Shown: positions 29,171 through 39,765 of the stretch, one piece after another
Numbering within the stretch: the first letter of the stretch is position 1
Layout of the letters: each line of letters opens with the position of its first letter
Source: Candidatus Fermentithermobacillaceae bacterium
Lineage (GTDB): Bacteria; Bacillota; Sulfobacillia; Fermentithermobacillales; Fermentithermobacillaceae
NCBI GenBank assembly: GCA_012842425.1
Contig: DUSU01000047.1
Span: forward strand, 1,632-65,631
DNA: 64,000 nucleotides
Direction: 5' to 3'
Made by a program: the position numbers and the translations under genes
Notes under the pieces: generated by a model
What the model saw: only the letters and a program-made list of their open reading frames with translations
Databases searched by the model: none
What the model was told of the DNA's origin: nothing

Positions 29171-30331
29171 GTGGGTAGTCTGAAGGTTATCTCCGTTTTT
29201 GGTACCAGGCCAGAGGCAATCAAGATGCTGCCTGTGGTCCGTGCGCTAAAGGAGCGCCATCCCCTTATCGAATCCAAAGTCCTCGTTACGGCGCAGCACC
29301 GCGAGATGCTCGACCAAGTACTTGCGGATTTCGGCGTGGAAAGCGACTACGACCTCGACGTGATGAGGCCCAACCAGACGCTTGCCGAGACGACCAAACG
29401 CGTTCTGGAAGGGATGACTCCAATCTTGGAGAAGGAGCGGCCCCACGTGGTCCTCATCCACGGAGATACCACCACTACCGGGGCGGCGGCTCTCGCGTCT
29501 TATTACCTCAGGATTTCCGTGGGGCATGTTGAAGCGGGCCTCCGGACGGGGGACAAATACGCGCCTTTTCCCGAAGAGATAATGCGGAAGATAGCCGATA
29601 TCATAAGTGACTTTCATTTTGCTCCGACCGGGACCGCCAAGAAGAACCTCCTTTGCGAGGGCTACGACCCCGGCTCCATATTCGTGACCGGAAACACCGC
29701 CGTCGACTCCCTCCTCATGACAGTTAGAAAGGGCTACCGGTTCAAAGAAGAGCGCCTAAATGAGATAGATTTCGAGTCCCAGAGAAACATCCTTGTGGAA
29801 GTGCACAGGCGGGAGAACTTCGGGGAAGGCATGGAGAACATCGGGCGGGCGCTGTCCCGGATTGCTTCGGAGCGTAACGACATACAGCTCTTGGTTTCGG
29901 TTCACAAGAACCCCAACGCCCGGGAGCCCATTTTGCGGCACCTTAAGGGCGCCCCGAGGACGGTCCTTTTCGATCCTATAGACTATCCGGACTACGTCAA
30001 CCTCATGAGCCGCGCGTACCTCCTAATCACCGACTCCGGTGGGGCGCAGGAAGAAGCGCCGTCTCTCGGAGTCCCCACTTTGGTCTGCAGGGAGAAAACC
30101 GAACGACCGGAGGCGCTAGACGCGGGCACTTGTGTGCTTGTTGGAACAGATATTGAGAGAATAGTAGACACGACTGTCGATTTGTTGGACAATATGACAA
30201 GGTACAAGCGGATGTCGCAGGTAAAGAATCCTTTTGGGGACGGACGCGCATCCGAGCGGATCGTGCAGGCCCTGATGTTCAGGTATGGACTAACACAAGA
30301 CCGTCCGGAGGAGTTTTCCCCCGGGCAATAG
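29171..30331 (+). CDS. mnaA: UDP-N-acetylglucosamine 2-epimerase (non-hydrolysing)
   Basis: VFGTRPEAIKM...HGDTTTT...HVEAGLRT...TDSGGAQEEAPSLGVP is the WecB/MnaA signature. As in many Firmicutes, it lies immediately upstream of the ATPase operon. Confidence 0.85.
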   Translation: MGSLKVISVFGTRPEAIKMLPVVRALKERHPLIESKVLVTAQHREMLDQVLADFGVESDYDLDVMRPNQTLAETTKRVLEGMTPILEKERPHVVLIHGDTTTTGAAALASYYLRISVGHVEAGLRTGDKYAPFPEEIMRKIADIISDFHFAPTGTAKKNLLCEGYDPGSIFVTGNTAVDSLLMTVRKGYRFKEERLNEIDFESQRNILVEVHRRENFGEGMENIGRALSRIASERNDIQLLVSVHKNPNAREPILRHLKGAPRTVLFDPIDYPDYVNLMSRAYLLITDSGGAQEEAPSLGVPTLVCREKTERPEALDAGTCVLVGTDIERIVDTTVDLLDNMTRYKRMSQVKNPFGDGRASERIVQALMFRYGLTQDRPEEFSPGQ

Positions 30332-30503
30332 AAGAACATTTGTTGTAATCTGCAGGCTGTAGCAAGTGTTCTTGCGGCAGCGCGTCTCCCGCGGCGCCGG
30401 TTGTTCTTCCGCACACTACACGGCTTGCAGCAAGATTTACAAAACGAGGAGGGGGGCCCCGGCCCGGTCCACCACACGATGGGACCGGTATCGTGGCATT
30501 TGC

Positions 30504-30821
30504 ATGGCCAAGAAGGAACTTGACGCGATCCTTGAAGCCGAGCGAAAGGCGGCAGAGGTTGTGGAATCCGCCAAAGCCAGGGCCAAGGAAATACTCGCCG
30601 CAGCCGATAAAGAGGCCGAACGCCTCCTCCAAGAAGCCATCGAAGACGCCCAGTCCAAAGCCAAGTCCCTGTTGGATAATGCTTCCGCATCTTCCGACGC
30701 TCTGGAGAAAGCCTATCTCGAAGAGGCCGAGAAGGAGATCGCTTCTCTACGGGAAGCGGCCGGCTCCAGGCTTCAAGATGCGGTTCAGACGATAGTTTCG
30801 AAGGTTAAGAAGGCCTTATAG
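30504..30821 (+). CDS. V/A-type ATP synthase small peripheral-stalk subunit (G/H-like, coiled coil)
   Basis: A 105-aa all-helical Ala/Glu/Lys-rich protein (AKKELDAILEAERKAAEVVESAKARAKEIL...) at the first position of the ntp operon, like E. hirae NtpF/G. ATG 30504 was preferred over the upstream in-frame TTG. Confidence 0.55.
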   Translation: MAKKELDAILEAERKAAEVVESAKARAKEILAAADKEAERLLQEAIEDAQSKAKSLLDNASASSDALEKAYLEEAEKEIASLREAAGSRLQDAVQTIVSKVKKAL

Positions 30822-30860
30822 GGAGGGAGCCGGCAAAAAGCGCCAGCGGGCGCACCCGGC

Positions 30861-32873
30861 GTGGTCATGGCCGTTGCAAGGATGAAGAAAGTAACCATAT
30901 ATGCCGCCAAGGAGCTCAGGGGGGCCATATTCGAGCGACTCCGCGACCTTGGGATTTTCCACATAACCTCCGAGTCGTCCAAACCCCGGTATCTGGGGGT
31001 AGGCGGCCAGGCCGACGACGTATCCATGCCTGAAACCATCGAAATCCCCGAGGATATTTCCAACTCCCTTTCGAGACTTCAGTACCTCAGGAACTATTTC
31101 GGCAAGTATGCTCCCTTTAAGAGGTCGTTCATCGATGGTTTCACCGGTAAGAAGCCGGAAGTCTCCATGGGAGCGCTCAGGCAGCTCACGGCGGACTACG
31201 ATATCGATGCCGTCTACCAGAAGGCCAAGGCTCACGAGAAGCGTCTCAATGAGATATCCGATTCGCTTTCAAGGTTAGGCGAAGAAGCCAGGACTCTCTC
31301 TCCCTGGGCGCCACTGGACATCTCTCTTAAAATGGTTGGGCCCACGGAGCTTTGCTGCAGCGCGCTGGCCGTGTTCCCCAACTCGGTCCTGGCGAAGATT
31401 CAGGAAGGAACGGCTTACGGGCCGGTCTTCCACGAGGTGCTCTGGGAGGACCGCTCCGAATCCGGTGTGTGGCTCCTGGTCTACGGCGCTTCTTCATCAG
31501 ACGTCTCCTCGCTGGTTGCGACACTCGGCGGGCGCGTGGTGAACTTCAATGAATCCACTGTTGAGGGGGCGACTGTGCAAGAAAGGCTTCAAGCGCTTGA
31601 GGCGAAGATCCGGGATCTCAGCGAAGAAAGAGACGGGATTATCGCCGAAGACCGGCAGCTTTCCGCCTCCATGATGGACGTCATGGCCTTAATTGACTAC
31701 TACCTGGACAAAGAGAACCTGGAACGGTTGGGCCAGAGCGTGGCGAGAACCGCTTTCACCCTGGTCATCGAAGGCTATGTGAGAGCGAAAGACCTCCATG
31801 AACTCGAAAGTGGGCTCAAGGAGTTCACCGAGATGGAACTGGTGGCAGAAGACCCTTCTCCCGGCGACGACGTCCCCGTCCTTCTCGAGAACCACCCGAT
31901 CATAGCGCCGTTTGAGGTCATCACCAACATTTTCGGCTTTCCCAAGTACGACGAGATCGACCCAACCCCCTTCTTGGCGCCGTTTTTCTGGCTGTTTTTC
32001 GGGATATGTTTGGGAGACGCCGTTTACGGGATACTTCTCACCATCGGGTCTTGGTGGTTCATAAAGAGCCAGGGACTCAAGTATCCGGCAGACAAGCTGC
32101 CTCGCCTCCTTATGTATTCGGGAATCTCTACCTTGCTCGCCGGAGCGGCGACCAACAGCTGGATGGCGGACCTCGTCTCGGTTTTCTTGCCGGGCACGGC
32201 CATCGAGCGGCTACTCTCACGTATCGCCCTCATCAACCCGATTGAGGACCCGCTTACCATGATGCTGGTTTCGTTCGGTTTCGGCATTATCCACGTATGG
32301 GTCGGGATCGGAGTGAAGATGCTGAGCAGCTTCAGGCAAGGCGAATATGCGGACGGCATATGGTCATCCGGTTCGTGGCTCGTGTTCCTACCCGGACTCG
32401 TCCTCTGGGTGCTTTCTAAGGCAGGCATGATCGGAGGACCGATCCCCTTTTACATCATGGTCATTGGGGCTCTCATGGTCATGTACGGCGCGTCGAGGGG
32501 CCAGAAGAACATACTCCTCAAACCGTTCTCGGGACTCTACGGCCTCTACGGTATAGTGTCGTACTTCTCCGACACTCTTTCCTACTCGAGGCTCCTGGCT
32601 CTCGGCCTGGCCAGCGCCATTATCGGTGTCGTAGTTAACAAGATATCCCAGCTCGTGTCGAGCATGATCCCATACGTCGGCTGGGTTATGGTGCCCGTGA
32701 TCTTGGCCGGAGGACATATCTTCAATCTCGTAATCAACGTCCTCGGGAGCTTCATACACGCCGGACGTCTTCAGTTTGTCGAGTTCTTCACCAAGTTTTT
32801 CGAGGGGGGAGGTACACCGTTCAGGCCTCTTAAGCGCGTGAGCGAGAATGTGTCAGTTCAAGCTGTTGATTAA
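30861..32873 (+). CDS. ntpI: V/A-type ATP synthase subunit I (a-subunit, membrane stator)
   Basis: A ~300-aa soluble N-terminal coiled-coil domain followed by about 8 TM helices. The C-terminal conserved Arg helix (LSYSRLLALGLASA) is present. Confidence 0.85.
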   Translation: MVMAVARMKKVTIYAAKELRGAIFERLRDLGIFHITSESSKPRYLGVGGQADDVSMPETIEIPEDISNSLSRLQYLRNYFGKYAPFKRSFIDGFTGKKPEVSMGALRQLTADYDIDAVYQKAKAHEKRLNEISDSLSRLGEEARTLSPWAPLDISLKMVGPTELCCSALAVFPNSVLAKIQEGTAYGPVFHEVLWEDRSESGVWLLVYGASSSDVSSLVATLGGRVVNFNESTVEGATVQERLQALEAKIRDLSEERDGIIAEDRQLSASMMDVMALIDYYLDKENLERLGQSVARTAFTLVIEGYVRAKDLHELESGLKEFTEMELVAEDPSPGDDVPVLLENHPIIAPFEVITNIFGFPKYDEIDPTPFLAPFFWLFFGICLGDAVYGILLTIGSWWFIKSQGLKYPADKLPRLLMYSGISTLLAGAATNSWMADLVSVFLPGTAIERLLSRIALINPIEDPLTMMLVSFGFGIIHVWVGIGVKMLSSFRQGEYADGIWSSGSWLVFLPGLVLWVLSKAGMIGGPIPFYIMVIGALMVMYGASRGQKNILLKPFSGLYGLYGIVSYFSDTLSYSRLLALGLASAIIGVVVNKISQLVSSMIPYVGWVMVPVILAGGHIFNLVINVLGSFIHAGRLQFVEFFTKFFEGGGTPFRPLKRVSENVSVQAVD

Positions 32874-32876
32874 GGA

Positions 32877-33464
32877 ATGAGCAAAAGTCAGGAGGGGTCG
32901 GATTTGTTCGGAGGTAATGCTAACGTCTGGTTCGCAGCAGGGATGGCCATAATTCTGATGGCCCTTGCGATAGGAGTGTTCTTTGGTCCCGCGTTGGGCG
33001 GGAACGGCCTTGCCCTCGTCGGAGCAGGCATCGCGGTTTTTGTGAGCGGAATCGGGTCGATCATCGGTACCGGGATAACCGGGGAAAAGGCCGCGGCGAT
33101 CACTTCTGAGGATCCCGAGAAGTTCGGGCGTCTCCTGCTGCTCCAGGCTCTTCCGGGCACCCAGGGCATTTACGGGTTCCTAGTCGGATTCTTGGCCATC
33201 TTTAAGATGGGCGGGTTCTCCGGCGTTCTCACGCTGGACATCGCTCAGGGATGGCAGTTTATTTTCGCGTGCCTACCGGTCGCGATCTCGTGCCTCCTTT
33301 CCGGCATCTGGCAGGCCAAGGTTTCCCTCGCCGGCATGGATATCGTGGTGAAGCACCCCGAGGAATCGGGTAAAGCCCTCATCATGCCCGCTATGGTTGA
33401 GACCTACGCGGTTCTCGGACTCCTTGCGTCGGTCCTCTTGATCATGTTCGCGATCAAGGTTTAG
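32877..33464 (+). CDS. ntpK: V/A-type ATP synthase proteolipid subunit K (c-ring)
   Basis: Duplicated hairpin proteolipid: GxGxGxG helices (AGIAVFVSGIGSIIGTG) with the essential carboxylate in the last helix (MVETYAVLGLLAS). A PGTQGIYGF motif resembles the Na+-binding TQ of E. hirae NtpK. Confidence 0.8.
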   Translation: MSKSQEGSDLFGGNANVWFAAGMAIILMALAIGVFFGPALGGNGLALVGAGIAVFVSGIGSIIGTGITGEKAAAITSEDPEKFGRLLLLQALPGTQGIYGFLVGFLAIFKMGGFSGVLTLDIAQGWQFIFACLPVAISCLLSGIWQAKVSLAGMDIVVKHPEESGKALIMPAMVETYAVLGLLASVLLIMFAIKV

Positions 33465-33476
33465 GGGGCCGTCTCG

Positions 33477-34079
33477 ATGCCTCTTGAGGATATCCTGAGC
33501 ACGATACGGAACCGTGCGGAGGAAACCGCGAAGGAGATCTTGGATGATGCCAACACCCGCGCCCGGCGGCGTATTGACGCGGTACGCGCCGAGGCCCAGG
33601 AGCGCGCGGCGAGTATCATAAGTGTCGCGGAGGCCGAAGCCGCGAAGATCGAGGCCGCCGCGAAGACGAGAGCCGCTGCCAGGCGGAGGCAGGCCATCCT
33701 CAGGGAGAAACAGTCGCTGGTCGAAGGCGCCTTTGCCAAGGCGGGAGAGGCTTTGGCCTCCATGCCCGCCGGAGAGTACAGAGAACTCATGCTGGACTCT
33801 CTGGCCCGTTCCGCCCAAGGTGACGAAACCGTGGTCCTGGGCCCTGAAGACCGTGAGCGGCTCGGCCCAGACTTTGCCGCGGAACTGCACAAGAGATTGT
33901 CTTCCATGGGCAAAGGGACAGGTGTGAACTTGGAGTTCGCCGCGAGTTCCCTTGGGGGCGGATATATCCTAAGGAGCGGCGGCGTTTCGCTTAACAGTAC
34001 ATTCCCTGCCCTGGTGAAGAGATTTGAGGACGAACTGGAGATCGAGGTGGCCAAGAAGCTCTTTGGAGAAGGAGAGTAA
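33477..34079 (+). CDS. ntpE: V/A-type ATP synthase subunit E
   Basis: About 200 aa with an N-terminal long charged helix (EETAKEILDDANTRARRRIDAVRAEAQERAASI...) and a C-terminal globular domain, at the conserved operon position. Confidence 0.7.
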   Translation: MPLEDILSTIRNRAEETAKEILDDANTRARRRIDAVRAEAQERAASIISVAEAEAAKIEAAAKTRAAARRRQAILREKQSLVEGAFAKAGEALASMPAGEYRELMLDSLARSAQGDETVVLGPEDRERLGPDFAAELHKRLSSMGKGTGVNLEFAASSLGGGYILRSGGVSLNSTFPALVKRFEDELEIEVAKKLFGEGE

Positions 34080-34110
34080 GAAGGCCGCCCATGCCAAAGG
34101 TGGGTAGACG

Positions 34111-35169
34111 TTGAACGAATTCGCTTGGGCCAGTGCCGTTGGCCATATAAGAGTGAGGGAGAGGGAGATCCTGTCTCGCTCCGACCTCATGCGACTTGTT
34201 GAGGCCGGAGACTTGGAGCGCGCCCTCCTCGGCCTTCGTGATACGTACTACGGTCCGTTCGTCGCTTCGACCGGTCCGTCCGACCACGGAAGCGCTCTGG
34301 TCGCGGCGCTCTCTGAGGCCTACAAGTATGCCCTCCAGATCTCTCCCGAACCCATGATCATCGTTGCCTACCGGGCGCGAAACGATTTCCACAACTTGAA
34401 AGTGCGGGCGAAATTGGTTCAGCTTGGTGTTCCGTTGGATAAGGAAGCCCTTTCATCTATGGGCAATTTCGACCCGAGCCTAGACCCGGGTGAGGTCTCT
34501 CTCGAAGCCGCGAAGATCTTTGGTCTCTCGATTAACAAGAAAGAGGTCGCTTTCTTCTGCGGCGCGCTGGGACAAACCTATGCCCAAGCCGTCAAGCTGA
34601 TTGAAGAAAACCGCGCGAGCACCCAGGAAGGGCTTCTCTCCCTGAGGGTCGACAGCCTTATTGACCGCGGATACTATGCTTGGTTTTCCAAGGTGTTCAA
34701 GAGGTACGGGTATCCGGGACTGAGGGGATTCCAAAGGGCCGAAGTCGACCTTCTGAACCTGCGCATGTCCTTGCGCGGGCTCAGGATGGGTCTCGACCCG
34801 GCAGTGTTCCAGGAAGCCCTGCTCCCCGGAGGAGATATCCCTCCCGAGAAGATTCTCGGCGCCTACAGGGGCGGTCTCGCGGGCATCCACTCGGCGTTTA
34901 GGGGTACACCGTGGAGCGACCTGGCGGCTACAGGAGCACAGACGGCGGAGAAGGGAGAGTCCCTCACCAAGTGGGAAAGGGCTTGTGACAACACCCTGAT
35001 GGGGGTAATAAAGTCGGCAAGATACTACTCCATCGGTCCTGAGCCGGTATTCGGGTACCTTTTCGCCAAGGAAACCGAAGTCAAGAACCTTAGGGTGATC
35101 CTATCGGGAAAACAGTCCGACCTGCCCGGGCAGGAGATAGCCGAGAGGTTGCGTGAGCCTTATGTCTAA
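34111..35169 (+). CDS. ntpC: V/A-type ATP synthase subunit C (eukaryotic d homologue)
   Basis: A ~350-aa all-helical protein at the conserved position between E and F. TTG start with RBS AAAGGTGGG. Confidence 0.75.
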   Translation: MNEFAWASAVGHIRVREREILSRSDLMRLVEAGDLERALLGLRDTYYGPFVASTGPSDHGSALVAALSEAYKYALQISPEPMIIVAYRARNDFHNLKVRAKLVQLGVPLDKEALSSMGNFDPSLDPGEVSLEAAKIFGLSINKKEVAFFCGALGQTYAQAVKLIEENRASTQEGLLSLRVDSLIDRGYYAWFSKVFKRYGYPGLRGFQRAEVDLLNLRMSLRGLRMGLDPAVFQEALLPGGDIPPEKILGAYRGGLAGIHSAFRGTPWSDLAATGAQTAEKGESLTKWERACDNTLMGVIKSARYYSIGPEPVFGYLFAKETEVKNLRVILSGKQSDLPGQEIAERLREPYV

Positions 35170-35485
35170 AGTGGCTGTCTTGGGTCAAAGAGATGCGGTG
35201 CTCGGGTTCAAAGCCTCAGGTGCCGTTGCCTTTTCGGCGGACGATGTCCACGAGGCCCGGGAAAAACTGGGCAAGATTCTAGAAGGTGATTTCGCTGTGC
35301 TCCTCGTGACCGAGGAGATTGCCGAGATGCTGAAAGAAGAGCTCCAGCCGCTCTATGAGAAGCCGAAACCGGTTGTCACGATACTGCCAGATGCCAGGCG
35401 GCCGAGAGGGCTGGGGATGGAGCTTCTGAAGAAAAGAGTCGAGCGGGCAGTTGGAGCAAACATCCTGCTCAAGGGAGAGGAATGA
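35153..35485 (+). CDS. ntpF: V/A-type ATP synthase subunit F
   Basis: About 105 aa; [18 protein letters not shown]...[10 protein letters not shown] is the typical F-subunit Rossmann-like pattern. The start is ambiguous (GTG 35153 or ATG 35162). Confidence 0.75.
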   Translation: MSLMSKVAVLGQRDAVLGFKASGAVAFSADDVHEAREKLGKILEGDFAVLLVTEEIAEMLKEELQPLYEKPKPVVTILPDARRPRGLGMELLKKRVERAVGANILLKGEE

Positions 35486-35492
35486 TGCGGCT

Positions 35493-37280
35493 GTGTCTAC
35501 TAGCCAGGTGAAAGGACAGATTACGAAAGTATCCGGGCCCCTGGTGATAGCCTCGGGCATGGCCGGCTCCCGCATGTATGACGTGGTGCGAGTCGGGACC
35601 ATGGGGGTCGTTGGAGAGATTATCGAGCTTAGGGGCGATACCGCTTCCATTCAGGTCTACGAGGAGACTTCCGGAGTAGGCCCCTGGGAGCCGGTGGTTT
35701 CAACCGCCGCGCCTCTTTCCGTAGAGCTCGGACCCGGCCTTATAGGTGCTATTTATGACGGAATCCAAAGGCCCCTCAACGTCATCGCCAATATGGCCGG
35801 AAGCTATATAGCGAGAGGCCTTGAGGTCCCCGGACTTGACCACGAGAAGAAGTGGCACTTCGTGCCCAGAGTGAAACCGGGCGACAAGGTATCGGCAGGC
35901 ACGATCCTCGGCGTCGTACAGGAGACTCCTCTTGTCGAGCACAGGGTGATGGTACCTCCGTCGGTGCCCGATGCCATTGTGAAGAGCATCAGCGAAGGCG
36001 ATTACACGGTCGTCGAGACCGTTGCCGTACTGGAAGCCGGCGGGCGCGAGATTCCCGTAACCATGCTGCAGAAGTGGCCTGTCCGCGAGTCCAGGCCGGT
36101 CAAGGAGAAGCTCCCGCCCAAAGAGCAGCTCGTGACGGGACAGAGGGTCATCGACGCCTTCTTCCCCATAGCCAAGGGTGGCACGGCCTGCGTCCCCGGC
36201 CCTTTCGGGAGCGGGAAAACGGTAATCCAGCACCAGCTGGCCAAGTGGGCCAACGCCGACATCATTGTCTACATTGGTTGCGGCGAGCGCGGAAACGAGA
36301 TGACCGACGTTCTCCTCGAGTTCCCCGAGCTCAAAGACCCGCGCAGCGGCAGGCCCCTCATGGAGCGTACCGTGCTTGTGGCAAACACTTCGAACATGCC
36401 GGTTGCGGCGCGTGAGGCATCGATTTACACGGGTATCACCATCGCCGAGTACTACCGCGATATGGGGTACGACGTGGCCATCATGGCCGACTCTACATCC
36501 CGCTGGGCGGAAGCCATGCGTGAGATCTCGGGCCGTCTGGAAGAGATGCCCGGCGAAGAAGGATACCCTGCTTACTTGGGTTCGAGGCTCGCGGAGTTCT
36601 ACGAGAGGGCCGGACGGGTCAGGGTGCTTGGCCAGGGCGATACCGAAGGCGCGCTGTCAGTTATCGGCGCGGTCTCGCCCCAGGGCGGTGACCTCTCTGA
36701 GCCCGTCACCCAGGCTACCTTGCGTATAGTTAAGGTCTTCTGGGGTCTCGATGACAGGCTTGCGGCGAGAAAGCACTTCCCGGCGATCAACTGGTTGACC
36801 AGTTACTCGCTGTATACTGAAAGACTCGATGAGTATTTCAGGGCCAGTGCAGGGCCCGATTTTCCCGAGATGCGCGACGAAGCGATGTCCATCCTCCAGC
36901 AGGAAGCCGAGCTGTCGGAGATCGTGCGACTGGTCGGTATCGATTCGCTGTCGCCTAGGCAGAGGATGATCTTGGACACCGCCAAGTCGCTGCGCGAGGA
37001 CTTCTTGTACCAGAGCGCATTCCATGAGGTGGACACTTACTGCTCCCAGAAGAAGCAGTACGGCATATTGCAGGCTATCCTGACGCTGCACCACAAGGCG
37101 CTTCAGGCACTGGATGAAGGAGTCCGTGTCGAGCGGATAACTTCTCTGCCGGTTAAGGAGCAGATAGCCAGAGCGCGCGTTACGCCCGAAGAAGAATGGG
37201 ATGCTGTCCACCAGAGGATTATGGCTGCTATTTCGGCGGAGATTGAGGCGGAAACCGCAGGCGTTAAGGACAGGAGATAA
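35493..37280 (+). CDS. ntpA: V/A-type ATP synthase catalytic subunit A
   Basis: Walker A GPFGSGKT, with the non-homologous region insert and the [27 protein letters not shown] block. GTG 35493 was chosen behind RBS GGAGAGG; the track's TTG 35451 is an alternative. Confidence 0.9.
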   Translation: MSTSQVKGQITKVSGPLVIASGMAGSRMYDVVRVGTMGVVGEIIELRGDTASIQVYEETSGVGPWEPVVSTAAPLSVELGPGLIGAIYDGIQRPLNVIANMAGSYIARGLEVPGLDHEKKWHFVPRVKPGDKVSAGTILGVVQETPLVEHRVMVPPSVPDAIVKSISEGDYTVVETVAVLEAGGREIPVTMLQKWPVRESRPVKEKLPPKEQLVTGQRVIDAFFPIAKGGTACVPGPFGSGKTVIQHQLAKWANADIIVYIGCGERGNEMTDVLLEFPELKDPRSGRPLMERTVLVANTSNMPVAAREASIYTGITIAEYYRDMGYDVAIMADSTSRWAEAMREISGRLEEMPGEEGYPAYLGSRLAEFYERAGRVRVLGQGDTEGALSVIGAVSPQGGDLSEPVTQATLRIVKVFWGLDDRLAARKHFPAINWLTSYSLYTERLDEYFRASAGPDFPEMRDEAMSILQQEAELSEIVRLVGIDSLSPRQRMILDTAKSLREDFLYQSAFHEVDTYCSQKKQYGILQAILTLHHKALQALDEGVRVERITSLPVKEQIARARVTPEEEWDAVHQRIMAAISAEIEAETAGVKDRR

Positions 37281-37304
37281 GAGAAGGCATTGGGGGAATT
37301 TGGG

Positions 37305-38708
37305 ATGCCGTTGGAGTACACGACCATATCAGAAATATCAGGGCCACTCGTAGTGGTGGAGCAGGTCCGGGAGGTCCACTACGATGAGCTCGTTGAGGTA
37401 GAGACGAGGGACGGCCAGATCCGGCGCGGACGCGTCTTGGAGGCCTCTACCGGTAGAGCTCTTGTCCAGATATTCGAAGGGACTTCAGGGCTGGACGTTA
37501 CGGGATCCCGCGTGAGATTCCTTGGGAAGGTGCTTGAGATCCCCGTATCTCCTGACATCCTGGGAAGGATCTTCGATGGAGCGGGAAACCCCATCGACGG
37601 GGGGCCAAAGATTATCCCCGAAAAGAGGCTGGACATTAACGGCAGCCCCATCAACCCGTTTGCCCGGGCATATCCCTCTGAGTTCATCCAGACGGGCATC
37701 TCGGGCATCGACTGTATGAACCCGCTGGTCCGTGGCCAGAAGCTCCCCGTCTTCTCAGGTGCGGGTCTTCCCCATGCCCAGCTTGCGGCGCAAATCGCTC
37801 GCCAGGCGACGGTCCTTACGGGGAGCGAGCCTTTTGCGGTTGTCTTCGCCGCCATGGGCATTACGTTCGAAGAAGCCGATTACTTCATGACCGATTTCCG
37901 CCGGACGGGCGCCATCGACAGGGCAGTGCTCTTCATAAACCTTGCCAACGACCCGGTTATCGAGCGAATCGCGACTCCGCGTATGGCGCTTACCGTTGCC
38001 GAGTATCTCGCGTTTGAGCGCGATATGCACGTGCTCGTAATCCTCACCGACATGACGAACTATGCCGAGGCGCTCCGCGAGGTTTCCGCTGCGCGTAAGG
38101 AGGTGCCGGGTCGTCGCGGGTATCCGGGTTATATGTACACCGACCTCTCGCAAATTTACGAGCGTGCAGGCCGGATACAGGGCAAAAAGGGTTCGATCAC
38201 CCAGATCCCGATTTTGACCATGCCGGAAGATGACAAGACCCACCCGATCCCCGACCTTACGGGTTACATCACCGAGGGTCAGATCATCTTGTCGAGAGAC
38301 CTTCATAAGAAGGGCATCTACCCGCCCATCAATATCTCAATATCCCTTTCACGACTAAAGGACAAAGGTATCGGAAAGGACAAGACTCGCGAAGACCACG
38401 CAGACGTCTTGAACCAGCTATCGGATGCTTACGACCGCGGCAGAGAGGCGCGCGAGCTCTCGGTCGTGTTGGGCGAAGCTGCTCTCAGCGAAACAGACAA
38501 GCTGTTCCTTAAGTTCGCCGATGAGTTTGAAGCCAGGTTCGTGAAACAGGGGGCCAACGAAAACAGACCCATAGCCCAAACCCTGGATATCGGTTGGGAC
38601 CTCATGACCATGCTGCCCAGAAGCGAACTCAAGCGTATTTCCGACAGAAACGCCGAGAAGTACCTGAAACCCAGGATATCCGAAGGCGCCGCCCCGGCGG
38701 CCGAATAG
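37305..38708 (+). CDS. ntpB: V/A-type ATP synthase subunit B
   Basis: The non-catalytic B-subunit pattern (SGPLVVVE...[17 protein letters not shown]...[14 protein letters not shown], degenerate P-loop). The start is ATG 37305. Confidence 0.9.
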   Translation: MPLEYTTISEISGPLVVVEQVREVHYDELVEVETRDGQIRRGRVLEASTGRALVQIFEGTSGLDVTGSRVRFLGKVLEIPVSPDILGRIFDGAGNPIDGGPKIIPEKRLDINGSPINPFARAYPSEFIQTGISGIDCMNPLVRGQKLPVFSGAGLPHAQLAAQIARQATVLTGSEPFAVVFAAMGITFEEADYFMTDFRRTGAIDRAVLFINLANDPVIERIATPRMALTVAEYLAFERDMHVLVILTDMTNYAEALREVSAARKEVPGRRGYPGYMYTDLSQIYERAGRIQGKKGSITQIPILTMPEDDKTHPIPDLTGYITEGQIILSRDLHKKGIYPPINISISLSRLKDKGIGKDKTREDHADVLNQLSDAYDRGREARELSVVLGEAALSETDKLFLKFADEFEARFVKQGANENRPIAQTLDIGWDLMTMLPRSELKRISDRNAEKYLKPRISEGAAPAAE

Positions 38709-38723
38709 GAAGGAGACGGGGCT

Positions 38724-39437
38724 TTGGAACTCAGGGTTAGCGCTACCCGTCAGGAGCTCACGAGGCTGAAGAACCGGGTCAAGATGGCCGCCCGGGGCCA
38801 CAGGCTCCTCAAGGATAAGCGGGACCAGCTCATGAAGGAGTTCATGGCCATCGTTCATGAGAACCAGCGGCTTCGCAGGGAGCTGGAGAAGAGGTTGGGC
38901 GCCGCATACAAGAGTTTCGCCCAGGCGAGGGCGCTTCTCAGCCCGCCGGTCCTAGAGGAGGCGCTCATGGCGTCAAGCGGGCCCGAAGAGGTGTCCATCA
39001 GCTACAGGCGCATCATGAACGTCGTGGTGCCCGAGATGGAGATCCGTAGGGCCGGGGAAGAAGGAGAAGGCAACGCGCAAGGCACAGCGCCGGGAGCGGA
39101 GTCAGAAGCAGCGCCGGCCGAGGAATCGAGCGGACGCTCAATAAACCTAAGTATTCCGCCTTACGGGCTGGCATCAACTTCTTCCGATTTGGATGACGCG
39201 ATCAAGGAGTTTCAGGGCATACTTCCCCTGCTTGTGAAGCTATCGGAAGTTGAACGTAAAATCCAGCTTTTGGCCGATGAGATAGAGAGGACCAGAAGAA
39301 GGGTAAACGCCCTGGAATATATACTCATCCCTGAGCTGGAAGCCGCCGTCAAAAGCGTTGAAATGCGCCTTGAGGAAATGGACCGGGCCAACGCGTCCAG
39401 GCTCATGAAGGTCAAGGATATCGTAAGGGCTCACTGA
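38724..39437 (+). CDS. ntpD: V/A-type ATP synthase subunit D (central stalk)
   Basis: The N-terminal motif RVSATRQELTRLKNRVKMAARGHRLLKDKRDQLMKEF matches the D-subunit coiled-coil consensus. TTG start with RBS AGGAGA. Confidence 0.85.
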   Translation: MELRVSATRQELTRLKNRVKMAARGHRLLKDKRDQLMKEFMAIVHENQRLRRELEKRLGAAYKSFAQARALLSPPVLEEALMASSGPEEVSISYRRIMNVVVPEMEIRRAGEEGEGNAQGTAPGAESEAAPAEESSGRSINLSIPPYGLASTSSDLDDAIKEFQGILPLLVKLSEVERKIQLLADEIERTRRRVNALEYILIPELEAAVKSVEMRLEEMDRANASRLMKVKDIVRAH

Positions 39438-39765
39438 AAGCGCTAAAGCACTACCGAAAGCACCGCCGAATGGCGCGGGCACTTGACATCCGGCCGTCGG
39501 ACTGAACCCAGTGACGAGTGGTTGGAATGCTAATAGGACACCATGTTTTCCGGGCATCAAGGCAAGATCCAAAGTAGACACTACAAGATAGAACAATAGA
39601 CGCACGAATTCTATGTTGGGAGGACCCGGGACCGCTTTTCGAAAGTTGGTTTATTGCGATAAGTGTTCTGCGGGGCTGAATGGAAGTTACCAAAGCCGGG
39701 AATGAACTTTCTGGAATGAAGTTCCAATCACGAGCCTCATGGGCTGAACGAGGGAGCCGGGTACT

